A stretch of 64,000 nucleotides of DNA, taken from NCBI RefSeq assembly GCF_963921235.1, contig NC_086097.1, forward strand, positions 107,138,001-107,202,000, read 5' to 3'. Positions 23,769-36,860 of the stretch are shown piece by piece. The notes beneath the pieces were generated by a model. That model worked only from the letters and a program-made list of their open reading frames with translations. It had not been told where the DNA came from and ran no database searches. The translations under genes were made by a program, and so were the position numbers. Every line of letters begins with the position of its first letter. Position 1 is the stretch's first letter. The DNA comes from Mobula hypostoma. Taxonomy: Eukaryota.

Positions 23769-24101
23769 GCAGCTCTTCCTAGAGATGCTGCCTGGCCTGC
23801 TGCGTTCACCAGCAATTTTTATGTGTGTTGCTTGAATTTCCAGCATCTGCAGAATTCCTGTTGTTAGTATAGTTATCATGATTGCTTCTTGCATTTTCAG
23901 GCCTGTCAGAAATTCTGCTAGCAATGGTAAACTCAGAGAAGTCTGGCAATATGTTTTTTGCTGAACGTTAACCGAACTTTAAGTCTGTCTCGTGCTATAT
24001 ATAAGCAGTCTATCATTAGTATACTTCTAGATAAGGAACATTATTGTGTCTAATGATTAAGCTCTCAGATTTCACAGAACCTTCGCAGAAGGACTCAATT
24101 A

Positions 24102-24440
24102 GGGTGACACGGTAGGTAGTGCTTAGCGCATCACATTACAGAGCTTATAATCACTAATCAGGGTTTGATTTCCTTCCGCTATCTGTGAGGAGTTCATGCG
24201 TTCTCCCATGACAGTGTGGGTTTCCTCCTGATGATCAGGTTTCCCCCCATATTTCGAAAGACCTACACTTAGGGTAGGGTTAAGTTGTGGGCATGCTATG
24301 TTGGTGCCATAAGCAGGGCAGTTTTTGGCAGGCTGCTCTCAGCACAATCTTCCAGCAGTGTTAGTTGTTGATGCAAAATGATGAATTTCACTGCATGTTT
24401 TGATGTTTTAACATACATGTGACAAATAAAACTAATCTTG
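24102..24440 (+). mobile_element. tRNA-derived V-domain SINE (degenerate)
   Basis: A/B-box-like head; gtgtgggtttcctcc...ggtttcccccca core; catgtgacaaataaaactaatctt tail. Confidence 0.75.
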
Positions 24441-24629
24441 TTTTAAAAAGCTAATCTCTACTATGGAAACTGAGACTTCTGCCATATATGTTCAGCTTGT
24501 ATATAGGGTGTCAGAATGGATCCACAAAATGCATTCTAACAATTTTTCAAGGATTGCCAAGACAATGCTGTAAGAGTGTAGCAGCATCTAATGGAGAACA
24601 AACACGTCCTCTTCCGGAATGATAGCATT

Positions 24630-24970
24630 GAGCCATAAGACCATAAGAAATAGGAGCAGCCAGGCCACTCAATCCATCAAGTATGCTCTGCTATTCAGCC
24701 ATGGCTAATTTATTTTCTCTCTCAATCCCATTCTCCTGCCTTCTTCCTGTAACCTTTGATGCCCTTACTAATCATGAGCCTGTCAAAATTGGCTTTTGCT
24801 ATACCTACTGATTTGGCCTCCATGGCCATCTGTGGCAAAGAAACCTGCAGATTCACCACCCTCTGGCGAAAGAGATACCTCCTCATCTCTGTTCTGAAGG
24901 GACGTTGTTCTATTCTGAGGCTATGCCCTCCGGTCCTAAACTCTGCCACTATTGGAAACATCCTCTCCAT
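24630..24970 (-). mobile_element. CR1 3' end
   Basis: MFPIVAEFRTGGHSLRIE...QRVVNL; ccataagaccataaga tail. Confidence 0.85.
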
Positions 24971-26159
24971 GCCTCCTAACTCCTATTCACCTGTGCTCGG
25001 TACACTATCCAGCCTACACTGCTGCTATCCATGCCACAGTTTTGGGGGCTTTTCAGACCTCTTGCCATTCAAGATTAGACTACACAGTAACCTGCTATCT
25101 GCCCCACTGACACCAGCAGCTTTCCGCCACCCCTGCTGTAGCTGCTGGGGTAAAATTAAAAGGGAGCATCATGAGCTATAGACATATTGAAGGTTTGTTT
25201 GTCTTTTGTGACATGGGGTCATTTATAAATGCATAATGAAATATTAATTTTGTGTTGACTTTTTGCATTGCAAGTAAATGCTGTTGTGGTCAAAATGAGA
25301 AGGAAAATGAATTGGGCTGCCATTAGTGATAAGTGGGTGTTGTGGTTATGGGTACCACAATTGAATGAATTATCTGACTGGAAAGGAACTGGCTAGGTTG
25401 CCTCCTCCTTCTGTTACTTAGCCAAATACTGAATAGCAGATAGCAAGAACTGTACCCCATGATTGTGAAATACTATGGATTTTGGCACCAATGCTGCAGA
25501 ACTGCCTAAGAAGCAGAGGAAATATTGTTTCGGCAAACCATTGCTCTACTCTATCAGATTTTGTGGAGCACATCTTTGCATTCTGTTCACATATGCATGG
25601 ATTGTATACTAAATTCAAAAACCATGTTGTCAACAGACAAAAAACACTTACCCAGTGAATATGATTTAACATAGCTGGTATCGAGGCAGTGAACTATCTT
25701 TCATTTGCAAACCATCTTTGAAATTTCACTATATATTTCTATATACATGTGATAAAGAAATTGAATCTGAAACTGGCATGTAGACAGTTCATGGTAAAGC
25801 CTGCAATACCTGCACATCTACTTTTACACTTGGTCTAAATACTGTATACTTCTTTGACAAGAGAATGAAGAAGTGGAGAATGAAGGGAGTTGGTGACCTG
25901 TTTTATGCACCTCTGGATAGTAGACTGCTAGAAGGTGAATACATCTTCATTTTCAGTCTTGAAGGAGTCTAATGCATAGAAGTTCATGTCCAAGGTTATC
26001 TTAACACCACTGGCAATGTATTCACCATTTCTCTGAGATCAAGGTGGCAGATTTGAGTTTCAGCACTTACAGAAATATAAATATTTCACACATTGTTCAT
26101 CACTGAAGTTCATGCAGGAGAATTGCTCCCTGAATAAAACAGGGGCAGCTTGGAGCCCT

Positions 26160-26205
26160 TCTCCTTCCCTCCTCCTCCTCCTCCTCCTCCTCCTTCTCCT
26201 CCCTT
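26160..26205. repeat. (CCT)n microsatellite
   Basis: Direct inspection. Confidence 0.9.
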
Positions 26206-26329
26206 TTCTATAACTCTGGCTTACTCACAAGCCTTTTGCTGCTTTTCCCAAAGACATTATTTTCTCAGTGCTTTTATTTTACAAGAGCTTTGTGTTAAAG
26301 TCTGAAGATAAGGCTAAGTTCTTCAGCAC

Positions 26330-26420
26330 CAGTCCAGATGAAGGGTCTCAACCTGAAATATTGACTGTCCATTTCCTTCCACAGATGTCTATCCGGCTGA
26401 GTTCCTCCATCACTGTGCTT
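26330..26420 (+). repeat. Solo PLE pLTR remnant with mutated hammerhead
   Basis: CAGTC-CAGATGA-AGGGTCTCAACCT-GAAATATT-GACTG at 26330-26367. Confidence 0.7.
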
Positions 26421-27159
26421 TTTACACCAATCCCTGCAGAGCTTAACAAATTTAGAAGTGTCAGAAAGCACCAACAGTGAGTAGAATTATGGCAACAACC
26501 AGCAGAATTTTACTTTCAACTAATCTGCAGTAATTGATGTGCCCTTTAATGTGACTGCTTCCTCTGCTGAAGCTGAGCCTTACTGTGGTTAAACCACAGT
26601 TAATTGTTGGATCACTGTGATCCTAAGGAAATTTTGGTGTGAAATCAGTGCGTGATTTATGTCACAATCTGGCATTAGTTGGACAGCATTTTTGCAACAA
26701 AAAATGACACCCATATTATGCAGGAAGTTTTGCACCTGAAATATTTTACCATGAGATCTTCTATATCCCTTCCAGCAAATCTGAAGTCATACTGTTTTAA
26801 TTGGAATATTATCAAGAGAGTATTGAAGGGAAATTAGCACTCTTGAAAGAAATGCACATTATATATTAGGCTATTAAAATGCTGATATTACATAATTATG
26901 TTTATAAGAAATAACTAATTTGGTGGCAGTGTTACTGATGATTGATAAAGTTAAAGAAATAAGTGACTCCATAGATTATCACATTCCTATCTCCATTTAT
27001 GCCGTGGAGATTATCAGAGATTGTGAAGTTTTCACAGTGTGGTTGGCTAACTGTGGGTCATCTAGATCTATGCAGAATTTAAGAAATATATTTACTATGG
27101 TGCAAAATTCCTTTGACAAATTTGAACGTTTTAAACAATAGCCACTCACCTTCCGTATT

Positions 27160-27578
27160 ACATAGAAACATAGAAAATAGGTGCAGGAGTAGGCCATTCG
27201 GCCCTTTGAGCCTGCACCGCCATTTATTATGATCATGGCTGATCATCCACCTCAGAACCCCGCCCCAGCCTTCCCTCCATACCCCCTGACCCCTGTAGCC
27301 ACAAGGGCCATATCTAATTCCCTCTTAAACATAGCCAATGAACTGGCCTCAACAGTTTCCTGTGGCAGAGAATTCCACAGATTCACCACTCTCTGTGTGA
27401 AGAAGTTTTTCCTCATCTCGGTCCTAAAAGGCTTCCCCTCTATCCTCAAACTGTGCCCCCTCGTTCTGGACTTCCCCAACATCGGGAACAATCTTCCTGC
27501 ATCTAGCCTGTCCAATCCCTTTAGGATTTTATACGTTTCAATCAGATCCCCCATCAATCTTCTAAATTCCAACGAGTA
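27160..27578 (-). mobile_element. Short 5'-truncated CR1 lineage A copy
   Basis: Near-identical to 3375-3800; gtatt on both flanks is a possible TSD. Confidence 0.92.
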
Positions 27579-27699
27579 TTCCCATGTTATTTTACGGAGC
27601 ATAACCTTTATTAATTTATACCTCCTGGCTTTCATTAGATAAGTGATGAAAGCTGTATCTTCTCTTATTTTTTATTTTTTCATCTTTTGGTACATAGGC

Positions 27700-28090
27700 A
27701 TTACTGCCCATCCATATGAGGCCCTCTGCTTGATGGGGTTAACCGTGGATGTTTTATCCCAGTTATCTACTTGTTATGCAAACCAGGACAGTACGATATG
27801 GAGAGCAAGCTATTTTCCATGTAGCAGGCTCCCCCCTTCACACAGCTGATGAATCCAAAGAAACGGCAGAGACTGATAAAGTTTGGCACCAGCAGTGTCG
27901 CAGGAGTTGTCAGTAAGCATTGAACTCAATATAGGATTGCCTTAGGGACTCCAGCTCTGGATTTTTTCCATAGAGTTTACTCCAGAAGCCTTCCCTATGA
28001 GTGGGTAAAGCCACAAGGCAATGGAGGTTTGAGATCAGAGTTTACCTACTCGATAAATAGCCAACCACAGCTGACAAGGCCTATCTGATC
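27700..28090 (-). repeat. Non-coding interspersed repeat, possibly derived from an RTE 5' region
   Basis: Minus strand gtcagctgtggttggc...aaactctgatctcaaacctcc resembles RTE-type 5' UTRs from memory; unverified. Confidence 0.35.
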
Positions 28091-28769
28091 AAGATTCATT
28101 TATTATCAAAGAAGGTATAAGTTATACAACCCTGGGATTTGCTTGCTCACAGGTAGCCACAAGGTAAGAAACCCAAAAGAACCTAACTAAGAAAAAAAAA
28201 GAATTAAGATAAAAGACCACCACTCAATCAATGCAAGAGAAAGAAAAAAATCATGCAAACAATTGATGCGAACAACAACAGCATTCCAAGCCAAAACTGA
28301 ATCTTTCAACTGGAACCCTGGAGTAGGCCCAAAGACTTGCTTATCAGTTCATCATATTAGTGGGCATGGAGCACAGCTGGGGTAGTCTTCATGGTCTCAG
28401 CACCTTGGAGATGACCATCGTGGAGAACGAGCGAAATTGGGCCTCTTCCTGACTGACACCTTGTCTTTTCAGTCTATCTGGGCCGGCGTTTAAATTTTGT
28501 CAGAAATAACTAGTTTTAAGGCACCAGTGGCCCAGCTTTGCCCATTCTGCAGTCAATAGAAACAGTTCCGCTAGGTTTAGTAGCTAACCCCATCCATATA
28601 TACCCTTGAAACACAGAGTCAAGTTCCCTTCATGGACCACTATGGTCTTTTTGGTCAAGGTACACTCTCACTATAGATCTGTTTAGAGATTCAACTTGGT
28701 TACAGGCTCTTTCAATGAGCCCACGCTGCTCAATTACAGGCATGTGACCAATTAACCTACTAACCAGTA

Positions 28770-31527
28770 CCATAAGACATAGTAGCAGAATTAGACCAAT
28801 TGGTCCATCAAGTCTGCTGCACTATTTCATCATGGCTAATCCATTTTTCCTCTCAGCCCCAATTTCCTGCCTTCTCCCCTTATCCCTTCATGCCTTGAAC
28901 ATCAAGAATCTATCAACCTCTGCCTTAACTATAAAGACTTGGACTCCGCAGCTGGCTGTAGCAATGAATTCCACAGATTTATCACCCTCTGGTTAAAGAA
29001 ATTCCCCCTCATCTCCATTCCAAAAGGACATCCCTCTATTCTAAGGCTGTGTCCTTTGGCCTTAGGCTCTCCCACCATTGGAAATATCTGATCCACATCC
29101 ACTCTATTAAGACCTTTCACTATTCGAAAGGTTTCAATGAGTCACCCCTCATTCTTCTGAATTTCAGTGAATACAGGCCCAGAGCCATCAAACGCTCTTC
29201 ATGTGACAAGCTCTTCAAACCTGGAATCATTTTCATGAACCTCCTTTGAACCCTCTTCGGTTTCAGCACCTACTTTCTGAGATAAGAAGCCCAAACCTGG
29301 TCAGAATACTTCAAGTGAAGCCTCACCAGTGCTTTATAAAGTCTCAACATTACATCCTTGCTTTTATATTCAAGTCCCTTTGAAATGAATGCTAACTTTG
29401 CATTTGCCTTCCTCACCACCAACTCAACCTGCAAATTAACCTTTATGGAATCCTACAGAAGTATTCCCAAGTCCCTTAGTGCCTCAGTTTTTTGTATTTT
29501 CTCTCCATTTAGAAAATAGTCAACTCTTTCATTTCTTCTACCAAAGTGCATGACCATACACTTTCCGACACTGTATTCCACCTGCCACTTCTTTGCCCAT
29601 TCTCCTCATTTCTCTAGGTCCTTCTGTATCCTCTCTACTTCCTCAAAGCTACCTGCCCCTCCACCTGTCTTTGTATCATCTGCAAACTTTGCAACAAAGC
29701 CTTCAATTCTAATACCCAATATGTAAAAAGAATCAGTCCCAACATAGACCCCTGTGGAGTACCACCGGTCAACCAGAAAAGGCTCCCTTTATTCCCACTC
29801 TTTGCCGCCTGCCAATCAACAACTGTTTTATCCATGCTAGAATCTTTCCTGTAGTACCATGGGCTCGTAGCTTGTTAAGCAGCCTCATGAGTGGCACCTT
29901 GTCAAAAGCCTTCTGAAAATCCAAATACACAACATCAACTGATTTTCCTTTGTCTTTTCTGCTTGTTATTTCTTCAAAGAATTCCAACAGATTTGTCAGG
30001 CAAGATTTTCCCTTGAGGAAACCATGCTGACTATGACCTATTTTATCATGTGCCTCCAAGTACCACAAAACCACATCCTTAACAATCGACTCCATCATCC
30101 TCCCAGTCACTGAGGTCAGACTAACTGGTCTATAATTTCCTTTCTTCTGCCACTCTCCCTTCTTGAAGAGTGGAGTGATAATTGCAATTATCCAGTCTTC
30201 TGGAACCATTCAAGAATCTAATGACTCTTGAAAGATCATTACTAATGCCTCCACAGTCTCTTCAGCCACCACTTTCAGAACCCTGGGCTGTACATTTATC
30301 TACCTTCAGATCTTTAGTTTCCCAGGAACCTTCTGTCTAGTAATGGTAACTTCACACATTCATGACCCCTGACACCTGGAACCTCCACCAAACTACTAGT
30401 ATCTTCCACAGTGAAGACTGATGCAAAATACTTATTCAGTTCATCTGTTATTTCTTTGACCCCATTACTACCTCTCCAGCATCCATTTCAGTAGTCCAAT
30501 ATCCTCTGTCACTTCTCTTTTACACTTTATGTATCCAAAGAAACTTCTGGTGCCCTCTTTAATATTGGCTAGCTTACTTTTATATTCCACCTTTTGTGGG
30601 TATTTGAAAGTTTCCCAATCCTCTAACTTCCCACAATTTTTTTCCTCTATTACATGCCCTCTCTTTGGCTTTTATGTTGGCTTTGACTTTTCTTGTTAGT
30701 CACGGTTGTATCATCTTGCCTTTACAATACTCTGCCTCTTAGGGATGTAAATATCCTGCGCCTTCTGAATTTCTTCCAGAAATTTCAGCCATTGCTGCTC
30801 TGCCATCATTCCTGCTAGTGTTCTTTTCCAGTCAATTCTGGCCAACTCCTCTCTCATGCCTCTGTAATTCCCTTTACTCCACTGTGATACTGATACATCT
30901 GACTTTAGTTTCTCCTTCTCAAAATTCAAGGTGATTTTGGATCATATTATGATTACTTACCCCTAATGGTTCTTTTACCTTAAACTCTCTAATCATTTCC
31001 AGCTCATTGCACAACACCCAATCCAGAATTGCTGATCTCCTAGTGGACTCATCCATGAGCTGCTTAAAAAACCCATCTCATAGGCATTCTAGAAATTCCT
31101 CCTCCTGGAATCCAGCACCAGCCTGATTTTCCCAATCTACCTGCATATTGAAGTCCCCCATGACTATTGTAACATTGCCCATTTTCTTTCTCCTATTGTA
31201 ATTTGGGGGTCTGTATATAACTCCCATCAGGGTTTTGCAGTTCCTTAGCCCTCTTCATAATGATTCAACAACTTCTGACCCTATCTCACCTCTTTCTAAT
31301 GATTTAATTTCATTTTTTTATCAACAAAGCAATGTCACCCCCTCTGCTTTTCTGCCTGTCCTTTTGATACAATGTGTATCCATGGACATTAAGCTCCCAG
31401 CTATAATCTTCTTTCAGCCATGATTCATTGATCCCTACAACAACACACATGCCAATCTGTAACTGTTCTACAAGTTCTTCTACCTTATTCCATATACTGT
31501 ATCCATTCAAATATAACACCTCCAATC
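28770..31527 (-). mobile_element. Degenerate CR1 ORF2 (lineage C-like), APE to 3' tail
   Basis: ORFs 31310-31579, 30711-30929, 29769-30209, 28929-29120 are homologous to 53360-55588. Confidence 0.92.
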
Positions 31528-31536
31528 TTATAAATG

Positions 31537-31670
31537 CAAACATGAGGAAATCTGCAGATGCTGGAAATTCAAGCAACACACATAAAAAATGCTGGTAAAC
31601 GCAGCAGGCCAGCCAGCATCTATAGGAAGAGGTACAGTTGACGTTTCGGGCCGAGACCCTTTGTCAGGAC
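31537..31670 (-). repeat. Solo PLE pLTR beginning at the hammerhead motif
   Basis: Minus strand gtc-CTGACAA-AGGGTCTCGGCCC-GAAACGTC-aactg through gcatctgcagatttcctc. Confidence 0.85.
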
Positions 31671-31801
31671 CCAACAATGATGAAAGAATAACAACAGCAA
31701 TATTTTTTGTTTGAAGTCAGGACGATGTAAAATTTGGTGATATTCTCAGCTGCCTCCCGTTCCTGACTGCTGGATTATGAGGAGTTGTTATAATAGAAAA
31801 T

Positions 31802-32862
31802 GGCAGGCAGCATGGTAGTGTAGTGGTTAGCACAACACTTTACAGGACAAGTGACCTGGGTTTATTTCCACTGCTGCCTATAAGGAGTGTTACGTACCTG
31901 TAACGATATAAATGAACCAGCAACAATAGACCACATGTGGATTCTGGTTTTGATGTTAAAACCACTATCTTTATCAGTATCTACTTAATATAGCAACTTA
32001 AACAAGAATAATCAAAAGTTAACAGTGTTATGAGTATACATATGAGTAAATATAACTCCCAAACTATTGAGCTCGGGGGGGCACCAGGCTTAAAATCTTG
32101 AGATGGTAAGGTATGAAAATTCAGTTCATCCACAGATTAAATGATGTGAGAGAGATATTTGTAATCCAAGGTGAATGTCGAGAGAAGGCCTTTATGTCGT
32201 ATTGCACAGGTTCCACAGCGGTAAACAGGATAACAATCGCCGTAGGTTTTACCCATCGTCAGTCCAAATCCACTTACAAATTATCACCAATAGTAGCTTA
32301 TCACAGGGGTACCGTCTTCAAAGGGAACTACCACCCAGGCAAGGATTAACACATAGGTAGATTCCACAAGGTTGCCCCAATCACACAACATGATAGCCAC
32401 TTATCGATACTCAACCCACCCTTGTGGGCACTCAGAAGTTCCAACCAGTGACCCCTTAGCACTGGCTTCCTTCTATTGTCCGACTCCAACTGCGACTGAC
32501 TGTGTGTGAGTGAGTGTCCTTGCTTAAATCAAAACAAGCTGCAGAGTCCCATAGCTCTGCCCCTCTCTCCTTCTCTCTTAGTAAGACAAACAGGAGCCGA
32601 GAAAGCCAGTGGCTGATGTCACTCAGGCACTCTCTCTTAAAAATGACAGTCCATGGCAAGATAAATCTGGGGGTTCATCACAAGAGTTTGTATGTTCTCC
32701 CTGTTACCGCGTGGGTTTCCTCTGGGTGTTCTAATTCCCTCCCGCAGTCCAAAGACGTACCGGTTGGTAGGCTAATTGGTCATTGTAAATTGTCCCATTG
32801 ATTAGGCTAGGGTTGTTGGGTGGCACTGCTTGAAGGGCAGTATCTCAATAAATAAATAAACT
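31802..32862 (+). mobile_element. V-domain SINE split by an LTR insertion
   Basis: Head ggcagcatggtagtgtagtggttagcac at 31802-31887; core gcgtgggtttcctctgggtg resumes after 32683; (AATA)n tail. Confidence 0.85.
31888..32682. mobile_element. Probable solo LTR (795 bp)
   Basis: TGT...ACA termini; 4-bp TSD ggag/agag (1 mismatch); cleanly splits the SINE. Confidence 0.7.
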
Positions 32863-33387
32863 AAGCAAGGTCGTATACGATGCAGCTATACATGTTTAGC
32901 ATGGCGGATGGCATGACACCTAAAAGGTTGTTTTGTCTTGACTGATACTGAGCTTCTTGAATGTTGTGTCAGCTGTACTTACCCAGCTATGTACTGACTT
33001 GCTCCTTCGTAAAAATGTTTCAGTATGTCACTTGCCACATCATATGTATTCAGTCTCAAATGTGCTCTTATTGAGCGACGATGCTTAAGTGGCTGGCCCA
33101 GATGAGTTTCAGGTCGCAGTGACCTCCACATATTGAGGGGGTGGGGGGAAGTTGTGATGGTAATACACTGAATGCCATAGGGTTGTTTGTTTCACTCCCA
33201 TCAGGGAAGAGGCTATGCCAGGACCACCGGACTCAAAAACAGTTATTTCCCCCAAGCTATCAGGCTGAAAAACTCCTCCACCCATTAACTCACCCCAGCA
33301 ACCCCTACCACCACTATGTACACGTCACCTGGCATCACTCTATGTACAGTACATACAATCAGCCTTTGTACTATAAAGGAATGTGTC

Positions 33388-36168
33388 ATAGAGAAGTACA
33401 GCATAGACAGGCCCTTCAGTCCATCTAGTCAATGGCAAAAGCATTTAAACTGCCTACTTCTGTCGACTTGCACTAGGACCATAGCCTCCATGTCCCTACT
33501 TTCCGTGCACCTATCCAAACTTATTTTAAATGTTGAATTTGAGCTCATGTGCATCACCTGTACTGGCAGCTCATTCCACACTATCATGACCCTCTCAGTG
33601 AAGAAGGTTCCCCTAATGTTCCTCTTAAACTTTTCACCTTTCACCCTTAACCCATGGCCTCTGGTTGTCGTGCCACCCAACATCAGCGGGAAAATCCTGC
33701 TTACTTTTACCCTGTCTATACCCCTCATAATTTTGTGTACTTCTATCAAATCTCCTCTCAGTCTTCTATGTTCTAAAGAATACAGTCCCAACCTATTCAA
33801 TCTTTCCTTATAACTCAGGTCCTTCAGACCCAGCAACATCATTGTAAATTTTCTCTGCACTTTCAGCCTTGTTTTCATACTTCCCATAGGTAGGTGACCA
33901 ACACTGCATACAATACTCCAAATTAGGTCTTACCAATGTCTTATACAACTTAAACATAACACCCCATCTTCTATACTCGATACATTGATTTAAGAAGACC
34001 AATGTGCCAAAAACTTTCTTTATGACCCTATCTACCTGTGATGCCACTTTCAACAAATTATGTACCTGTTTTCACAGATCCCTTTGTTCTACCACATTCC
34101 TTAGTGCCCTACCACTCGCTGTGTTAGGCCTACCCTGGCTGGTCCCACCATTCCCACAATCCTGATTGAGAAGTTACAGAACCTGGGCCTCTGTACCTCC
34201 CTCTGCAATTGGATCCTCCACTTCCTAACTGGAAGACCACAATCTGTGCAGATTGGTGATAATATCTCCTACTCACTGACGATCAATTCTGGTGCACCTC
34301 AGGAGTATGTGCTTAGTCCTCTGCTCTACTCTCTCTATACCCACGACTATGTGGCTAGGCATAACTCAAATACCATCTATAAATTTGCTCATGATACAGC
34401 CATTGTTGGTAGAATGGTGGAGATGAGTGGGCGTACAGGAGTGAGATATGCCAACTAGTGGAGTGGTGTCACACCAACGACCTTGCACTCAACTTTGGTA
34501 AGACGAAAGAGCTGATTGTGGACTTCGTGAAGGGTAAGATGAAGGAACACATGCCAATCCTCATAGAGAGATCAGAAGTGGAGAGAGTGAGCAGTTTCAA
34601 ATTCCTGGATAGCAAGATCTTCGAGGACCTGACCTGGTCCCAACATATCAATGCAGTTATAAAGAAGGCAAGACAGCAACTATACTTCATTAGGGGTGTG
34701 AAGAGATTTGACATGTCAACAGATACACTCAAAAACCTCTATAGATGTACCATGGAGAACATTCTGACAGGCTGCATCACTGTCTGGTATGGGGGGAAGG
34801 GCTACTGCACAGAACTGAAGGTTACCATCAGCTAGGAGGTACAGAAGACTGAAGGCACACATTCAGTGATTCAGGAACAACTTCTTCCCCTCTGCCATCC
34901 AATTCCTAAATGGACATTGAACACATGAACACTACCTCACTTTTTAAACATACATTGTTTTTTTTTTGCATAATTTTTAATCTATTCAATATAGATATAC
35001 TGTAATTGATTTATTGATTTATTTATGTATTTTTCCCTTCTTCTATATTATGTATTGCATTGAACTGCTGCTACTAAGTTAAATTTCACAATACATGCCA
35101 GTGATAATAAAGCTGATTCTGATTCTGATTTGAAGTGTAAAACCTCACATTTGTCTGCATTAAATTCCATCTGACATTTTTCAGCCCACTTTTTTGGCTG
35201 ATGCAGATCCCAGTGCAAGCCATGATAGTCTTATTCACTGTCCACTACACCCCCAATCTTGGTGTCATCTGCAAATTTTCTGATCAAGTTAACCACATTA
35301 TCATCCAGATCATTGATTTAGATGGCAAACAACCAAGAACCCAGCACCGATCTCTGTGGTACACCACTAGTCACAGGCCACCAGTCAGAGAGGTAACCCT
35401 CTACTACCACTCTCTGGTTTCCCCCAGAAAGCCAATGTCTAATCCAATTTACTCCCTCATCTTGAATGCAGAGAGACTGAGCCTTCTTGACCAGCCTCCC
35501 ATGCGGGACCTTGTTAAATACCTTGCTAAAGTTTATGTGGACAGCATCCACTACCTTGCCTTCATCCATTTTCCTGGTAATTAATTTGAAAAACTCTATT
35601 AAGATTTGTCAGACATGACCTATCATGCACAAAGCCTTGCTGACTATTCTTAATCAATCTATATCTATCCAAATACTCATATATACCCTTAGAATACCTT
35701 CCAATAACTTTCCCAAAACTGATGTCAGACTCACAGGCCTATAATTTCCTGGTTTCTTTTTTGAGTCCTTTTTAAACAGCTTAACATCATTGGCTTTCTC
35801 CAATCATTTGGTATATTTCTTGTTACTAAGGATGTTTTAAATATCTCTAGCAATTTCTGCACTTGCCTCCTGTAGGGTCCAAGGGAACACCTTGTCAGGC
35901 CCTGAGGATTTATCCACCTTGATTTGCCTCAGGGAAGCAAACACCACCTCCTCCTCTGTAATCTGTACAGAGCCTATAAAGTTGTTGCCACTTTGCTTCA
36001 CTTCTATAGACTCTGTATCCATCTCCCAAGTAAATACAGATGCAAAGAATGTATTTGAGATCTCCCTCATCTATTTTGGCTCCATACAAGGATTATCATT
36101 CTGGTCTTCCAGAGGACCAATTTTGTCCCTTGCAATCTTTTTGCTCTTTAACATATCCGTAGAATCCA
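33388..36168 (-). mobile_element. Degenerate CR1 ORF2 interrupted by Rex1
   Basis: ORFs 35837-36070, 35318-35569, 33808-34056, 33429-33887. Confidence 0.88.
34151..35130 (+). mobile_element. 5'-truncated Rex1/Babar LINE with (ATTCTG)n tail
   Basis: [20 protein letters not shown]...KFAHDT; KTKELIVDF; YRCTMENILTGCITVWYG. Confidence 0.92.
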
Positions 36169-36860
36169 TACAACTATATAACATATAACAATTACAGCAC
36201 GGAAACAGGCTATCTCGGCCCTTGTAGTCCATGCCAAACTCTTACTCTAACCTAGTCCCACCGACCTGCCCTCAGCCCATAACCCTCCATTCCTTTCCTG
36301 TCCATATAGCTATCCAATTTAACTTTAAATGACAACATCGAACCTGCCTCTGCCACTTCTGCTGGAAGCTCATTCCACACAACTAACACTCTCTGATTAA
36401 AGAAGTTCCCCCTCATGTTACCCCTAAACTTTTGCGCTTTAACTCTCAACTCAGGTCCTCTTGTTTGAATCTCTCCCACTCTAAATGGAAAAAGCCTATC
36501 CACGTCAACTCTATCTATCCCCCTCATAATTTTAAATACCTCTATCAAGTCTCCCCTCAACCTTCGATGCTCCAAAGAATAAAGACCCAACTTGTTCAAC
36601 TTTTCTCTGTAACTTAGGTGATGAAACCCAGGTAACATTCTCATAAATCTTCTCTGTACTCTCCCTATTTTGTTGACATCTTCCCTATAATTTGGTGACC
36701 AAAACTGTACAGAATACTCCAAATTTGGCCTTGTACAATTTCAACATTACATCCCAACTCCTATACTCAATGCTCTGATTTATAAACGCCAGCATACCAA
36801 AAGCTTTCTTCACCACCCTATCCACATGAGATTCCACCTTCAGGGAACTATGCACCATTA
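36168..36860 (-). mobile_element. CR1 lineage B 3' fragment
   Basis: Highly similar to 40351-41060; ORF 36252-36722. Confidence 0.92.

Larger units (their letters stand above)
21313..23866. mobile_element. Palindromic Neptune-type PLE insertion: minus copy 21313-22860 fused head-to-head to plus copy 22861-23866
   Basis: Inverted arms 21313-22279 and 22862-23831; exact 14-bp TSD gtatagttatcatg at 21299-21312 and 23867-23880. Confidence 0.95.

Noticed and set aside
21313..23866. Palindrome as an assembly fold-back artefact
   Set aside because: Arms differ at scattered positions, there is a unique spacer, and an exact 14-bp TSD is present.
27140..27660. Minus-strand exon with donor GAAG|GTGAGT near 27149
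   Set aside because: Peptide not recognisable and a CR1 is inserted in it; the donor match may be chance.
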